A DNA stretch of 62,948 nucleotides, filler included, from Octopus bimaculoides (taxonomy: Eukaryota), in the NCBI RefSeq assembly GCF_001194135.2. It is 5 parts of 5 records of this genome, joined end to end, with 100 filler letters (N's around TTAATTAATTAA, not from the genome) between each part and the next. Parts side by side here need not be neighbours in the genome. Positions count along the whole stretch, not along the records: positions 52,385 to 62,948 come from NC_069007.1; 4 more parts are not named here. One strand, 5' to 3'. The position numbers were made by a program, and so were the translations under genes. How positions within the stretch are numbered: position 1 is the first letter of the stretch; every line of letters starts with the position of its first letter. Below are positions 61,967 to 62,948 of this stretch, one piece after another. The notes below the pieces were generated by a model. It was not told the DNA's origin, made no database searches, and worked only from the letters and a program-made list of their open reading frames with translations.

Positions 61967-62948
61967 GGAGGAGGAAAAGTAACTTAACCATGTCATGGAT
62001 CGACTATCGTAAGGCGCACGATATGATCCCACATTCTTGGATTATGAAATGTGTGAATCTATTTGGTATTGCATCGAATGTTGAGCGATTGCGTGGAAAA
62101 AGTATGGCGAATTAAAGGACGGACCTGACAGCATACGGAAGAAGTTTAAGGACAGTAGAAATTAGGAGGGGCATCTTCCAAATGGACTACCTGTCCCCAC
62201 TGATCTTTGTACTGTGCTTGATACCACTGACACTTATTCTGAGGAAAGCAAAAGCTGGGTATGTATTCAAAAGCCGCCATCAAAAAGTCAACCATTTATG
62301 GTAAAGATGAAGCCCAACTCAGTTCTCTCAATTAAGACTATGTCTGGCTTCCTATTCTCAATCTCATGGTCGCACTGTATCATAAAATCCCATAGGATCT
62401 TTGCATTTCTATTTTCGACAATGCCCTCAGGTTTTTGGTTGTACCAATTTTTTTCTCTGTCAAGTCCATACTTGTTGCAAAGTGTCCAGTGGACAAGCCT
62501 GGCTATATTGTCGTGGCGTCTCTTATATTCCTTCTGAGTTAGTGGCGTACATTGTCTGGTAACATGCCATACGGTTTCACCGTTTTGTTCACAGATTCTA
62601 CACTTATCACTTTCTGATGTGTTGTCTTTTCTGTATTTTACGTAGTTTGTTCTTAGCGCTTGCTCTTGGGCAGCACAGATTAGAGTCTCCGTTAACGGTT
62701 TTAGATACTTTTAGTCATCCACAGCGATCTTTTTTCTCTGTGTCTTGTCTTCAACATCCCTATGAAATTGTCCATGCATTCTTTTCTTTACCCACCTATT
62801 TTCAGTTTCATTCGTTTTCAATTTCTTGTATAGTGCTTTATCTTTGCAATCTTTCATCCTCTCGTTTTCAGCTGACAAGGTATGCGATAATGAAGAAAGA
62901 AAAGTCGATAGATATGACAGGTTATCTTGGGAAGTTAAGCAGTTGTGG
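61967..62948 (+). mobile_element. R4/Dong-like non-LTR element with an internal inversion
   Basis: Plus 61967-62320: RT (WIDY.KA.D..PHSW, IRRGIFQ.D.LSP). Minus 62321-62870: MHGQF...AAQEQAL...CRIC...H...C...RHDN...ILWDF...KPDIVL. Plus to the end: ADKVCDNEERKVDRY. Confidence 0.9.

Overview
AT-rich, microsatellite-dense animal genomic DNA. The repeat families suggest an octopod cephalopod (inference). The window is five contigs or scaffolds joined by 100-bp gaps carrying an artificial TTAATTAATTAA linker. (1) The minus strand at 3475-32790 carries about 19 exons encoding roughly the N-terminal half (~1170 aa) of spatacsin (SPG11). These were recognised by remembered similarity to human SPG11 and by phase-consistent GT-AG junctions. 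(2) The main discovery is on the minus strand at 53599-61546: five short (102-117 nt) phase-1/phase-1 exons, all too short for the ORF track. Each encodes a C-x19/20-C-x-C-x6/7-C module resembling fibronectin type I or the VWC N-subdomain. They arose by tandem duplication of a unit made of exon, intron flanks and a maT relic. Intron flanks are ~90-96% identical, while the hand-aligned exon pair B/C is only ~53% identical (31% aa), the pattern seen in toxin and immune genes. (3) An LTR element (15237-17350) has 410-bp LTRs, an AACT target duplication, a 32-nt tRNA-Trp primer-binding site and two further decaying copies of that site. (4) The rest is a dense mobile-element landscape: RTE, CR1-like and R4/Dong-like LINEs, tRNA-head SINEs, maT/mariner, Helitrons, a piggyBac-type MITE and a gypsy 5' end. 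No database searches were run; all identifications are by eye.
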